Part shown: piece by piece, positions 27,636 to 40,326 of the stretch | How positions within the stretch are numbered: the first letter of the stretch is position 1 | Layout of the letters: the number at the start of each line of letters is the position of its first letter | Assembly: GCF_006345805.1 (NCBI RefSeq) | Contig: NC_042999.1 | Coordinates: 46,314,001-46,378,000 of the forward strand | Direction: 5' to 3' | Source: Octopus sinensis | Taxonomy: Eukaryota | Length of the DNA: 64,000 bases | Notes under the pieces: model-generated | Databases searched by the model: none | Told to the model about the DNA's origin: nothing | What the model saw: the letters and a program-made list of their open reading frames with translations, nothing else | Translations under genes and position numbers: made by a program

Positions 27636-28338
27636 GCTTGACTTGTGCCAAAATTTGAAATCAGTATTTAGCATAACGGTACTGGATTTATTTGAAAGAA
27701 TAACTGCAGACTAAATTCTCTCGGTTTTAGCTTGGATTCCGTATTTTCTGAATTCAAATCTGACGTAGGAAATTATATTTTTCATTTGTACAGATATGTC
27801 AGATATCAGTACTATGTAGGAAGAGATTTAGTTGACTTGTTTTCAGGCTTTGCAAGTATCAGGTTTGTATCCAGTACAAAGAAAGGAATATTAATACAGA
27901 ACTGGAACAGCTTCGTTTTGTGGAGATGCGCTTATCTACCAGTATTATTTAATCTTACATATTAATTTACGAAAATTCACTTTCTTAGCTAAAATAAATC
28001 ACTATGGGCGCAGACGTGGTTGTATGGTAAGTAGTCTGCTTCCCAACTACATAGTTCTGTGTTCAGTCCCACTGCGTGACACCTTGAGCAAGTGTCTTCT
28101 ACTATGCCCGACCGACGATTTGTAAGCAGCTTTTGTAGAAGGAAACTGAAAGAAGCCCGTTTTGTTATATATGAATTTAATTTAATTTGTTATTCGAATT
28201 AGGTTATGGGCATGAAACGATCGTGGTGGTTTTACTTTTTATCTTATATTAAACTTTTTAATACTTTTTGATAGTTAAATATATTTAAAAAAAGAATAAT
28301 AAAAATAAAATAATAATATATATATATATATATATAAT

Positions 28339-28381
<43 letters not shown>

Positions 28382-28560
28382 TTATAAGTATAAATTAATA
28401 ATTAAAAAAATGTTTTTTTATTTTAACTTTAAATTTAAATAATTTAAATTTTGAATTTTATATTTTATATATTTTGTATATTATATTAATTAATTTTATT
28501 TCTATGTTTTGGTTTATGTTTTTCACTGTCTGATTTGCCTAATAGTGGTTTTATCTCAAA

Positions 28561-28611
<51 letters not shown>

Positions 28612-28654
28612 CGTGTGTATACGTACATATATACATACATGCATACGTACATAC

Positions 28655-28685
<31 letters not shown>

Positions 28686-28730
28686 TGTATGTATGTATGT
28701 ATGCATGTACATGTGTATGTATTGTAAATA

Positions 28731-29425
28731 TAAGCCCGAGGACAACGAAATAAGAACCGACAGTATAGTAGAATCCATAGCCACTCATAATAAAAAGGAA
28801 TACTGGTGGAATGTACCAGTGAAAACCTCAATAAAATATAAGCGCAACAGACCTGATATAATGATTTGGGGTAGAGAAGAGAAACTGTGTACAGTTGTGG
28901 AAGTTAGCTGCCCAGCGGATGTTAACATATAGCTGAAGATCAGTGAAACAGAGAACACCTACACTGAACTATTTAAAAATCTGCAGTTACTCAATCCAGA
29001 TTACAAGTTCAAGTTTATACCTGTAATTATTGGGACCCTGGGATAAGTAACACACTACCTAAATACCAATCTTGAAAAAATATGCTTCGCAAAACCAGAA
29101 AGGAGAGAGCTAATTCGAAGACTACTGATCCAATCTATCACTGGAGCTGTAAAAATTTGTAAAACTTGCCCGTTTAAATATGTATGAGCATGTCTAGATA
29201 TGCAAATATATGCATGAGAATACATGCATAAAACAACACATACAAATCTTCATATATACATGCATGCATACATACATACATACTTACTTACAAACCTACA
29301 TACATACATATACAAACAACGACACACTGTTGTTGATGTTGAAATTCCATTGAAGGAGCCTTGGATCTAGGTTAGAAACCGGTTCTCTCTCTCTATTGGC
29401 AAGAAATCTTGAAGTAAAACTATAC
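28731..29425 (+). mobile_element. 3' fragment of a second RLE-type (R4/NeSL-like) LINE
   Basis: YWWNVPV...NRPDIMIW...VVEVSCP (PD..E) and FIPVIIGTLG motifs; preceded by (ATGT)n, followed by (CA)n. Confidence 0.75.
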
Positions 29426-29510
29426 TCACACACACACACACACACACACACATACGCACACACACACACGCACATGCACACGCACACGCACACACACACA
29501 CACACACACA

Positions 29511-30768
29511 CAGGGTATTCCAAAAACTGTATACCCACTTTAAAAAACTGTAAAGTAGGCGTTTATAAAAATACATTTCATTTTCAAAATTTAATAGAAT
29601 CTACAGACATTTTATTGTTTTGTCAACGCCTGTTTTCAAACTGACGTCCGTTTTGGTCCAGGCATTGCAGACAACGCGAAGCAATGGAATCGCAAACACC
29701 ACGCAACAATTCGTTTGGTATTTGTGTGCATTCCCGTTCAATGGCTGCTCTCAAACCAGTGACTCTTGCAGGTTTCACAGCGTAGACTTCGTCTTTTAGG
29801 TATCCCCATAAAAAAACGTCTTGTGGTGTAAGGTCTGGTCAAGGCGAAGGGTATTCAACGAAACCCCCTTCGTCCAATCCACCTGTTTCGCAAGATCTCA
29901 TCAACGTAGGATCTAACATCACGATGGTAGTGTTGGGGTGCTCCATCATGCTGAAAATAAAACTCCTCATCTTCAAAGTCTTCTCTAATGCTTGGCATGA
30001 CAGACTGTTACAGTAAGTTCAAGTAAACCATATCAGTCACTATAGCGTAAAAAAAGAATGGTCCAATTAATCCTCTTGATAATAAGCTTCCCCACACTGT
30101 AACTCCTCCTAAATTAACATGATGTTCCACCGTAAACATGCGGATTCTCAGGTCGCCTAGTAGGTGCAATCGTAAATCATTTAATTTGAATGTGGCCTCA
30201 TCACTCTACACAATCTTTGTTGGAAAGTGTGCATCTTCTACACATCGTGCCAAGTACCACTCGCAATACTTCAGTCTTCGGTCTGGATCATCGTCATTAA
30301 TAGCACGGACTAACTTTGGAACGTAACTTTTCCATTGACAACATTTCAAAATGCGTTGGAAAGACGATTTTGAAATACCTCACGATCTGCATGTCCCACA
30401 GATATCTCTTTGAATTTGGTGATACGTTTCCAGCACTCCTTTTTGTTTTGAAGGGGTTGTTGATGTCCGTGGTCTTCTGGAACGCTTCTCGTGGTCTTCT
30501 GAGAAGTTCCATCGGTTTAAAACTTATCTCTAGTTCGAGCGACGGTGTGTCGCATTGGTGGATCTGTCTGAATCTCCCTCCTCAACTGTCTTTGCACTTC
30601 AACTGCATTTTCACACTTCAAGTAGCATTTTAGAACGAATTTCCTTTGTTCAAAGCTTAGTCTGACTGCCATCATTAATTCCAATGGGTTTAATCTGGAA
30701 AGAAAAAACATTAATTGAGTTGTCAGCTGCTATAGTGTGTATGCATTTTTGGGGACAATTTTTCTTAT
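29511..30768 (-). mobile_element. Decayed Tc1/mariner-superfamily transposon
   Basis: Minus strand N-terminus MAVRLSFEQRKFVLKCY (HTH-type) and C-terminal PDLTPQDVFLWGYLKDEVY; left end CAGGGTATTCCAAAAACTGTATAC with a degenerate right TIR. Confidence 0.85.
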
Positions 30769-30805
30769 GGATTTACGTATATTTTAAAATAATTTTTATA
30801 AGGTA

Positions 30806-31197
30806 CTAGCAGTATCGCCCGGCGTTGCTCGGGTTTGTTTCGACCCTTTAGAATTAGAATTTTTGAAAAGTAAAAATTTTGCATTATGTAGCTTGTTATT
30901 CTCTTTAAGTGAACATTTTTCTGGTTGAAATACACCGAAAAATGGCGACACAGCAGTCAAAAATCGTAAAAAATAGGGATTTTCATAGCAAAAACCCCCC
31001 ACCTTTTTAATGTAAATAACTTTTGGTGTTAACATTGTCCGATTTGAATTTTCTCTTCTACGGAAGGAAGAGCAAGCCTTCTTCTATCATACTCTCAATT
31101 CTGGTCAATTTGCGCCGCAGTGTCTCGGAGGAGATCGTGTTAGTTGAAGGCTACCAAACCTGCTATACACAGACAACTTCAGCTTTTTGTATATAGA
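30806..31197 (-). mobile_element. Non-autonomous Helitron family F
   Basis: 5' TC, 3' hairpin CCCGAGCAACGCCGGG then CTAG; A|T insertion site. Confidence 0.85.
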
Positions 31198-32187
31198 TAG
31201 AGATTTCTGTATTTTTCTCTTAGTTTAAATCAAAACAATTTAGTTTATTACGAGTTACCTCCCTTACATATTTCAGCACACTATATGTATTACGTGCAAA
31301 TAAATTTATTTTTCAGCTTTTAGAGTTCTTATTATTTAGTTCACACACCGAAAAATGTAATCGAATTGCTTAATCTTAAAAGTACAAGGTGATTAGGATC
31401 AGGAATTAGATAGTCGATGTAACTTTTTTCCTTTTCTGGTTGTGAGGTAAGTCGTCTGCTTCCCAACTTCATGGTTCAGTGTCTTCCGTAGCCTCGGGCT
31501 GACTAAAACCTTGCAAGTTGATTTGGTACACGGAAACCGAAAGAAAACCGTCGTATACACCCCCCCCCATATATATATATAAGACTGCCTCCACGCGCTG
31601 CTACTACACTTTCGTCCTTGCCAGCAAAAGGCTTCTTCGTTCGTCCCCTTGTGCGGTTGATTTCCTGTATAGTATTCTTGTTATTTTCTCGTTTTGTAAC
31701 TAATTGTACTTTTTGTACATGTATTTTTATTTTTGCAGTTTTATCGTTTGTCTATGCCAGAAAAAAGGCTTTTTCGTTCGTCCTCTTGTGTTTGTTTTTG
31801 TACATGTATTTTAATTTTGCAGTCTTATTGTTACGTCTTGTTTGTGTTCGTACTCATTTTGCCCCGCTGCTTGGAATTTTATTTTAATTCTCTCGCAGGA
31901 AGGCCTATTGGATTAGTGTTCTGTTATGCCTTCGAACATGCCTGACTCCTCTAGCGACAGCTGATGACGGGGGTTTTGTCCTTGTGTAGCTCGTCCTGTA
32001 TTGTTTTTCGTTTTCTTGTTTTTCGTTTTCCGTTTTCTTGTTTTTTGTTTTTTGGCTTTTTCCGTTTCTACGTCTTATTGTGATGTCCTGTACTCCCGTA
32101 TAATTATTTATATATGCATGTATATATACATGTAGATGTAGGTACGTACATATATGTTTGTATGTATGCATATATTTTTATTTATCT

Positions 32188-32249
<62 letters not shown>

Positions 32250-32373
32250 ATAATAATAATAATGATAATAATAATAATAACAAATGTTAAAAATTAATTA
32301 ATTAAGAATTAATCAATAATTTCACCAAGTAGAATTCGGCATGAAAAGAACCATTTCACGGTAAACTTAAGTA

Positions 32374-32616
32374 ATACTTTATAATTAGGGTTCAGCAAAG
32401 ATTTGCTTTACCACATACCAAAGTTTAGAAATAGCAGCCAAAAACCTTAGCTATTTCTTCTACTTTAAAAAGGGACTCCCAGATTGTTTTCAAGTATTTT
32501 GGTTTTTCTGGGAGTCCCTATTTAAAGTGGAAGAAATAGCTAAGGTTTTTGACTGCTATTTCTAAACTTCGGTATGTGGTAAAGCAAATCTTTGCTGAAC
32601 CCTAATTATAAAGTAT
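32374..32616. repeat. Fold-back palindrome
   Basis: ATACTTTATAATTAGGGTTCAGCAAAG...GGGACTCCCAG mirrored to ...CTTTGCTGAACCCTAATTATAAAGTAT. Confidence 0.9.
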
Positions 32617-32637
32617 GTATATATATTTGTGTGTGTG

Positions 32638-32672
<35 letters not shown>

Positions 32673-32874
32673 TTCCCCTACCACTACTGAACAACTACTT
32701 GGTGTGTTTATGTCCCCGTAAGGTAGCGGTTCGGCAAAAGAAACCGATAGAAAAAATACCAAGTTTTCCCAAAATAAATAAATAAATAAAAAAATAGTTT
32801 TGCTGTCCATAACTTCGACTAAAACTTCTCCAAGGCGGTACCCCAACGTGGCTGCAATCAACTGACAGAAACAA

Positions 32875-32920
<46 letters not shown>

Positions 32921-32927
<7 letters not shown>

Positions 32928-33268
32928 TAAATTAGAGATAAAACCACTATTAGGCAAATCAAACAATGAAAAACATAAGCCAATACATAAAATTAATTTA
33001 TTTTATATTATTATAAATATATATCAAAAGTATTAAAAGTTTAACTCTTTATCTTTTATTAAACTTTTAATACTTTTGATATATATTTAAAATAATATAA
33101 ATTAAATTAATTTTATGTATTGGCTTATGTTTTTCATTGTTTGATTTGCCTAATAGTGGTTTTATCTCTAATTTAATATAATATAATATAATATATTTAT
33201 ACTATAAAATTGAATTTAATCCTAAATCTGATTTTTCCCTGTAAGTTTGGATTTATTCCCTAATATTT
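32921..33268. repeat. Fold-back palindrome (32921-33182) plus conserved tail motif
   Basis: Arms homologous to 60608-60928. Tail ACTATAAAATTGAATTTAATCCTAAATCTGATTTTTCCCTGTAA...CCCTAATATTT also at about 57650 and 60935. Confidence 0.85.
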
Positions 33269-33282
33269 TATTATTATATATA

Positions 33283-33519
33283 TATATATTAGAAGAAATG
33301 AGGTACTCAGAAGATCGGATGGTTTATATTTACAGATATTTATTTGTATATTACAATTTTTATATATATATCATATCACTTAGATCATTTGCGCTCCCAC
33401 TAGAATGGGAGAAAGCGCTAATGATCTACATTTTATATATATAAAATGTGATATACAAATAAATATCTGTAAATATAAACCATCCGATCTTCTGAGTACC
33501 TCATTTCTTCTAATATATA
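33283..33519. repeat. Fold-back palindrome
   Basis: TATTAGAAGAAATGAGGTACTCAGAAGATCGGATGGTT mirrored by AACCATCCGATCTTCTGAGTACCTCATTTCTTCTAATA. Confidence 0.88.
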
Positions 33520-33859
33520 ATACCTGTACATCATCTCCAAACCTTCCAATATATATATATATACACTTACGCGGGTGTGCTGAAAAGTTTGTGGGTTTAA
33601 GGGTATCGAGAAAGGCAGGTGAGAGTTCCAACCTTCCGAGTTCCTTTAGATGGATAGGAAAACTGAAGGACCGCTGTAATAAGAGTGTGAATCCGAGAGG
33701 GAAATATGTTGAATAAAATCCTAATTAACTGATCCTCCTGTATTTTTTAAAAACCAAAGTTAGGAACTTTTCGGCACTTCCTCGTATATGCATGTATGTG
33801 TGTGTGTGTGTGTGTGTGTGTTCATTTGTATGTGTATGTATGTAATGCTTCATAATGTA

Positions 33860-34218
33860 TGAAGGCGCATGGCTCAGTGGTTAGAGCGTCGAGCTTACGA
33901 TCGTCAAGCTTACGATCGTGAGGTTGTGAGCTCGAATCCCGGACCGGGCTGCGTGTTGTGTTCTTGAGCAAGGCACTTTATTTCACGTTGCTCCAGTTCA
34001 CTCAGCTGTAGAAATGAGTTGCGACGTCACTGGTGCCAAGCTGTATCGACCTTTGTCTTTCCCTTGGATAACACTGGTGGCGTGGAGAGGGGAGGCCGGT
34101 ATGCATGGGCGACTGCTGGTCTTCCATAAACAACCTTGCCCGGACTTGTGTCTAGGAGGGTAACTTTCTAGGTGCAATCCCATGGTCATTCATGACCAAA
34201 GGGGGTCTTTACCCTTTA
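33860..34218 (+). mobile_element. SINE family C
   Basis: Homologous to 22251-22596. Confidence 0.85.
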
Positions 34219-34337
34219 TGTAATGCTTGCATTTGAAAATAAGGATGGAACTTTGGTGGTATAAAAGAGGAACATTATATCAGACACACCTCAATTTCAC
34301 CCGCGCATATCCAGGAAATAATTTTATAGTACCTTAA

Positions 34338-34557
34338 CCCTGTAGCGTTCAGATTACTTGGTCAAATGTAATGTTTATTTATTCACATTGTTTTCAGTTA
34401 ATCATGCATTATCTTGTAGCTTTGAGTTTTCGGTGATGTGCTTGTATATTTTCAGAATGACACGGTAGGGTAGGTGTGAGAGGCCGGATTTGACTGTGAT
34501 CTGCATAAAGCAAGTAAAATATTTGGGCCTGGTATTTCCAGTTTAAATGCTAAAGAG
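34338..34557. mobile_element. piggyBac-like MITE
   Basis: TTAA|CCCTGTAGCGTT ... AATGCTAAAGAG|TTAG (degenerate TIR and TTAA-type site). Confidence 0.6.
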
Positions 34558-34563
34558 TTAGAG

Positions 34564-34845
34564 TAAGGGTTCCCAAGCACCGGGCTGCGAGCCCCCACCA
34601 GTCCGTACATCGTTTGGTACAGAGTTGCACAGAAAGAATATATTTTAAAATCATACTTCTGTTTTATAGCCTATTGCTGTCTACAATGTAGTAATAGAAG
34701 GAATGAAGTGCATAATATATAGAATGTAATAATTACATTTGTATGTAAAAATTAAATTATGTATAATGCACTTTATTCTGTTTTGTTCTTCCAAATCCGG
34801 CATGACACCGGTCCGTGCTGCAAAAATGCACGTTGGGGACCGCTA
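34564..34845. mobile_element. hAT (Charlie/MER1-like) MITE
   Basis: Ends AGGGTTCCCAAG and GTTGGGGACCGCT with subterminal CCGGTCCGT motifs. Confidence 0.6.
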
Positions 34846-35109
34846 CATTAAAACACAATATTGGCCCAACTTCGCACATAGGACCCAGAATGACATTTTG
34901 GGACATTTTTAGGCGGAAAATGAGCATCTTGTGTGCTATCAAATACGGTAATACAATCAAAATACAATCAAAATACATTTATATACATCAAACATAAACG
35001 AAATATATTTATTTTACTTTACTTTTCTTTTTACGTTACTACTTTCAGTCATTAGACTGCGGCCATGCTGGGTACCGCATTGAATAGTTTTTAGTCAAAT
35101 GTATCGACC

Positions 35110-36440
35110 GCAGTGATTTAGAGCCAAAGGAAAGCATCGAGGCGATTTTCATGTTGGATTCACGTTGGTAGCCAGATCCGTTCTGTACGTAACAACAGGT
35201 GTTCGACATAAACCCACAAGTCAGCAATGCTCGAACACATGACAAGAGCGTGCAGAACATTTTCGTCACTCAGCGCGCACCCCGGGCAAGCCCGGCTGAT
35301 GGTACTTCCATGCCTGTAGAGTTTATCCTGAACCGGCAATGCCTCATTGCAGGCCAGGGATTTCTGGAAGTTATCCATTGGTCTCGGTTCGAAAGTCCTC
35401 CAGAACAGGCCAGCCAACTCATTCTTATCAACGCCCAGAGTCTTCCTAAGAACGTCGCCGCACTTGTCCGTCACCAAACCTCAATATAACGCCTGAGTGG
35501 AACTTCCACAGACGGCGTTGGCCGATTGACAGTGGACTGTGAGCGCTTGATGACAGTGGACTGTGAGCGTCTAGGAAGCACTGTAGAAGTCGCAACCTCA
35601 GCGCATGTCTGTACATCAGCAGTCACGGCATGCCCAGCCCTTCATTCAGCGGGTGTTGACAGCAAATGGAGCGCTTAACAAATAGAACGCGCCCTTTATA
35701 CAGAAAGTGAAAGAGTAGGCACAATATATGACGGAGGCGATGTATGCAGTCACCACCTCTGCCCGACTTTTTAGGGATAGCTTTCTCTCGGCACATTTCT
35801 GGGTGAGATTGCTCGTCACCGCATCCCAGTTCTTGTCCACCTGGAGGTCTGGATCAAACCAGATCCCAAGCAATTTAACTTGTCTCTCCGTCCAGCGTCC
35901 CATGACATTGTTGGACTGCCTGGACCTGCCTCTTCAGTTGCCGAGTTGCAGGCCCACTCTCTTTTTACTCTTTTACTTGTTTCAGTCATTTGACTGCGGC
36001 CATGCTAGAGCACCGCCTTTAGTCGAGCAAATCGACCCCGGGACTTATTCTTTGTAAGCCCGGTACTTATTCTATCGGTCTCTTTTGCCGAATCGCTAAG
36101 TGACGGAGACGTAAACACACCAGCATCGGTTGTCAAGCAATGCTAGAGGGACAAACACAGACACACACACATACACATATATATATATACATATATACGA
36201 CAGGCTTCTTTCAGTTTCCGTCTACCAAATCCACTCACAAGGCATTGGTTGGCCCGGGGCTATAGCAGAAGACACTTGCCCAAGATGCCTCGCAGTGGGA
36301 CTGAACCCGGAACCATGTGGTTGGTTAGCAAGCTACTTACCACACAGCCACTCCTGCCCCACTGATTTTTCTTGGTTAAGTTTTGCTCCTGTCGTTGTCT
36401 CGTATTCTAGTAGAGCAGTGCCGACCATGTCTATGCATTA
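35110..36440 (-). mobile_element. Tx1-clade LINE fragment interrupted by a SINE B copy
   Basis: MGRWTERQVKLLG, ALPVQDKLYRHG...CPGC...HALVMC; the LINE frame resumes after 36358; CCCACT on both sides of the SINE. Confidence 0.8.
35966..36358 (-). mobile_element. SINE family B, full length
   Basis: Head GGAGTGGCTGTGTGGTAAG...GGGTTCAGTCCC, core CTTGGGCAAGTGTCTTCT, internal microsatellite, tail GGCGGTGCT...AGCATGGCCGCAGTCAAATGACTGAAAC. Confidence 0.88.
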
Positions 36441-36544
36441 ACAGTTATATCCATTTAAAATATTTTTCAGCAGTATATACACATATTAAATCATCTATAA
36501 TATACATATATACATTAAAATATACAGATGCTTGTACATAGCTA

Positions 36545-36882
36545 TATACATATATAGGCATATACAGGTGAGACACCAATGACGATGTACTGCAATAGCT
36601 TGGGTTTCAAGGGCCTACAGCTGTTTAACTGTCTTCCGAAAAGCATCTGAGGAGCCTCCATGGAGTGGATGTAGACGTTTTCAATGTGAACTTGACCTCT
36701 GGCTCGCCGAGATCCCAGATGAGCCAATATCTAAGCAAAGAACTCAAAAGAGGGCAGTAGCATCGAACTCCATCCTTCACCAAAAGCCGCTCCGACAAAG
36801 GTGGAAAGTGGAAAGATGGTTACAATGGCGGTGCTCCAGCATGGCCACAGTCATTGGACTGAAACATAAAAAAGAATAAAAG
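36545..36882 (+). mobile_element. 3' end of CR1-like LINE
   Basis: LDLWLAEIPDEP...RAVASNSILHQ, homologous to 61203-61562; the 3' UTR matches the SINE B tail. Confidence 0.8.
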
Positions 36883-36904
36883 AATATATACACAAATACA
36901 CGTA

Positions 36905-37290
36905 TAGGCGCAGGAGTGGGTGTGTGGTAAGTAGCTTGCTAACCAACCACAGGGTTCCGGGTTCAGTCCCACTGCGTGGCATCTTGGGCAAGTGTCTTCT
37001 GCTATAGCCCCGAGCCGACCAATGCCTTGTGAGTGGATTTGGTAGACGGAAACTGAAAGAAGCCTGTCGTATATATGTATGTGTGTGTGTGTTTGTGTGT
37101 CTGTGTTTGTCCCCCTAGCATTGCTTGACAACCGATGCTGGTGTGTTTACGTCCCCGTCACTTAGCGGTTCGGCAAAAGAGACCGATAGAAAAAGTACTG
37201 GGCTTACAAAGAATAAGTCCCGGGGACGATTTGCTCGACTAAAGGCGGTGCTCCAGCATGGCCGCAGTCAAATGACTGAAACAAGTAAAA
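36905..37290 (+). mobile_element. SINE family B
   Basis: As 35966-36358. Confidence 0.88.
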
Positions 37291-37605
37291 AAAAAAAAAA
37301 AATACATATATGTACGCACACATACACGGGCAAAATATCTCTTGGTTTATTACTTATACAGCTTAGTTGTTACCGACGAAAGAGATGGGAAGTACATTAA
37401 GCGTATGTTGGAAGGAGATAAAAAGTAAAAAAAAAAACAAAAAGGAAAAAAGAAAAAGAAACTAAAACAGAAAAACTAGCGAGAAAAGAGAGAAAGAGAT
37501 TGCTACGTAAAAGACACCAACGAGTATCGAGGAGGAAAAAGAAAGGAGAAATACTTCACGAATTGTGCTCCACGAATGCACACATAAAATAAGATCACAT
37601 ATGTA

Positions 37606-37999
37606 CTAACAGTATCGCCCGGCATCGCTCGGGTTTGTTTCGACCCTTTAGAATTGGAAGTTTTGGAAAATAAAAAAAATTCCATTATGTAGCTTGTTAT
37701 TCTCTTTAAGGGAACATTTTTCTGTTTGAAATACACCGAAAAATGGCGACACAGCAGTCAAAAAATCGTAAAAAATAGGGATTTTCATAGCAAAAACCCC
37801 CCACCTTTTTAATGTAAATAATTTTTGGTGTTAACATTGTCCGATTTGAATTTTTTCTTCTACGGAAGGAAGAGCAAGCTTTCTTCTATTATACTCTCAA
37901 TTTTGGTCAACGTGTGCCGCAGGGTCTTGGAGGAGATAGTGTTAGTTGAAGGCTACCAAACCTGCCATACACACAGACAACTTCAGCTTTATATATAGA
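37606..37999 (-). mobile_element. Non-autonomous Helitron family F
   Basis: Homologous to 30806-31197; terminal CTAG mutated to TTAG. Confidence 0.82.
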
Positions 38000-38057
38000 G
38001 ACAGATATACACATAACTATAACATAAAACTTACGTGGAAAAGGATACGTGGCGTTC

Positions 38058-38990
38058 GATCATATAATAATATAAATAATATATAAATATATGCATATAT
38101 ACATACATATATGTACATACCTACATATATATGTATATATACATGCATATATGGGTACAGGATATCGAAAAAACGTTGAATACATTGAGAAATGAAAACA
38201 TAAATATGAAAACATGGAAACGAACATTGTTTTTCGAACAACTGAAAACAAAACAAAACAAACACACAGAGAAACGAGACATCTTTATATATATAAAAGT
38301 CAAGTTGTGTGTCTGTCTCCTACGATTTAGATTCCTAACTACTCCAACATTTTGCGGTGCAGTGTAACCAAAAGCGGGTATCTTATAGTCGTGATTCATA
38401 TCGAGCCCTTCTGGGTATTAGCGCGCGTCTACGATGAGTCTACGATTTTAAAAATAATTTACCATCATTTGTTTCCATTTTAATGCATTTTTTCGCCATT
38501 ATATAAGGGAAGTAACTCTCTAAAAATGTCTACGATGAGTCAACGATTTAAAAAAAATTTACCATCATTTTTTTCCCACTTTTAATGCATTTTTTTTTTG
38601 CTATTTTTTGGCTATAACTCTCTAAAAATGCTTATATAGTTATTTCCCTTACAAACCCGAGCAACGCCGGGCGATACTGCTAGTACAACATAAAGAATAT
38701 TCCCCTTCTTCAGTTGTCCTTGTCTTCGAAAACTTGGAGTAGTTGAAACAGGGACTACTGAAGAAGGGGAATATTCTTTATGTCTCGTTTCTCTGTTTGT
38801 TTTCTTTTTCGAAAAAAGTTCGTTTCCATGTTCTTGTTTTTATGTTTTCGTTTCTCATTGTGTTCAACGTTTTTTTGATGTCCTGTACCCGTATATGCAT
38901 GCATATATACATATATATGTAGGTATGTACATATATGTATGTATATATGCATATATTTATATATTATTTATATTATTATACATAACTGTA
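38058..38990. repeat. Long inverted repeat (PLE-like remnant) interrupted by a Helitron
   Basis: 38058-38280 plus 38684-38720 mirror 38745-38990; same family as 10490-10760. Confidence 0.8.
38282..38683 (+). mobile_element. Non-autonomous Helitron family G
   Basis: A|TC...CCCGAGCAACGCCGGGCGATACTG-CTAG|T, no TSD; internal duplication of about 100 bp. Confidence 0.85.
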
Positions 38991-39214
38991 GATATGCATA
39001 CAAATACACATATATGATTACGTATATAAATATACAAAAATTTGTACGCAAATACATGCTCACAAATATAAGTATATACACGTATACATATACATCCATG
39101 TGCATATGTACGTAAATATTAACGTACACGTATATTTACACGCATACACGCACGTACATGTACACGTATGGACACATACACATACATATATATACATCCA
39201 CAAAACATACATAC

Positions 39215-39418
39215 ACCTGCTCTTTTATTTCTTTCGGTCATTTGACTGTGGCTATGCTCGAGCACCACCTTTAGCCGAGCAAATCGACCCCAGGGCTTAT
39301 TCTTTGTAAGCCTAGTACTTATTCTCTCGGTCTCTTTTGTCGAACTGCTAAGTTACGGGGACGTAAACACACCAGCATCGGTTGTCAAGCGATGTTGCGG
39401 GACAAACACACATGCAAG

Positions 39419-39463
<45 letters not shown>

Positions 39464-39632
39464 TCATATATACGACGGGCTTCTTCCAGTTTCCGTCTAC
39501 CAAATTCACTCACAAGGCTTTGGTCGACCCGAGGCTATAGTAGAAGACACTTGGCCAAGGTGCCACGCAGTGGGACTGAACCCGGAACCATGTGGTTTGT
39601 AAGCAAGCTACTTACCACACAGCCACTCCTAC
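39215..39632 (-). mobile_element. SINE family B
   Basis: As above. Confidence 0.88.
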
Positions 39633-39789
39633 GCTAGAAAACAAATATAGTGACACATCTACATCATAACGTATATATACAAACAATATATGTATATACA
39701 CCAAGGGATTTTGTGCGCGTGTATGTGTGCGTACATATATGTATATGTGTATTTGTGTATATATTAATGTCTCACCTATATATTCTTTT

Positions 39790-40005
39790 ATTTCTTTTAT
39801 TTCTTTTACTTGTTTCAGTCATTTGACTGCGGCCATGCTGGAGCACCACCTTTAGTCGAGCAAATCGACCCCGGGACTTATCCTTTGTAAGTCCAGTACA
39901 TATTCTATCGGTCTCTTTTTGCCTAACCGCTAACTGACGGGGACGTAAACACACCAGCATCGGTTGTCAAGCAATGCTAGGGGGACAAACACAGACACAC
40001 ACACA

Positions 40006-40076
<71 letters not shown>

Positions 40077-40240
40077 TACGACAGGCTTCTTTCAGTTTCC
40101 GTCTACCAAATCCACTCACAAGGCATTGGTTGGCCCGGGGCTATAGCAGAAGACACTTGCCCAAGATGCCACGCAGTGGGACTGAACCCGGAACCATGTG
40201 GTTGGTTAGCAAGCTACTTACCACACAGCCACTCCTGCGC
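39790..40240 (-). mobile_element. SINE family B
   Basis: As above. Confidence 0.88.
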
Positions 40241-40326
40241 CTATATATATGTATATAACTATGTACAAGCATCTGTATATTGTAAGGTATATATGTATAT
40301 TATACATGGTTTAGTATGAGTATGTG

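Noticed and set aside
38700-38790. CTGAAGAAGGGG at the palindrome centre as a hammerhead
   Set aside because: No closing stem II or GAAA follows on either strand.
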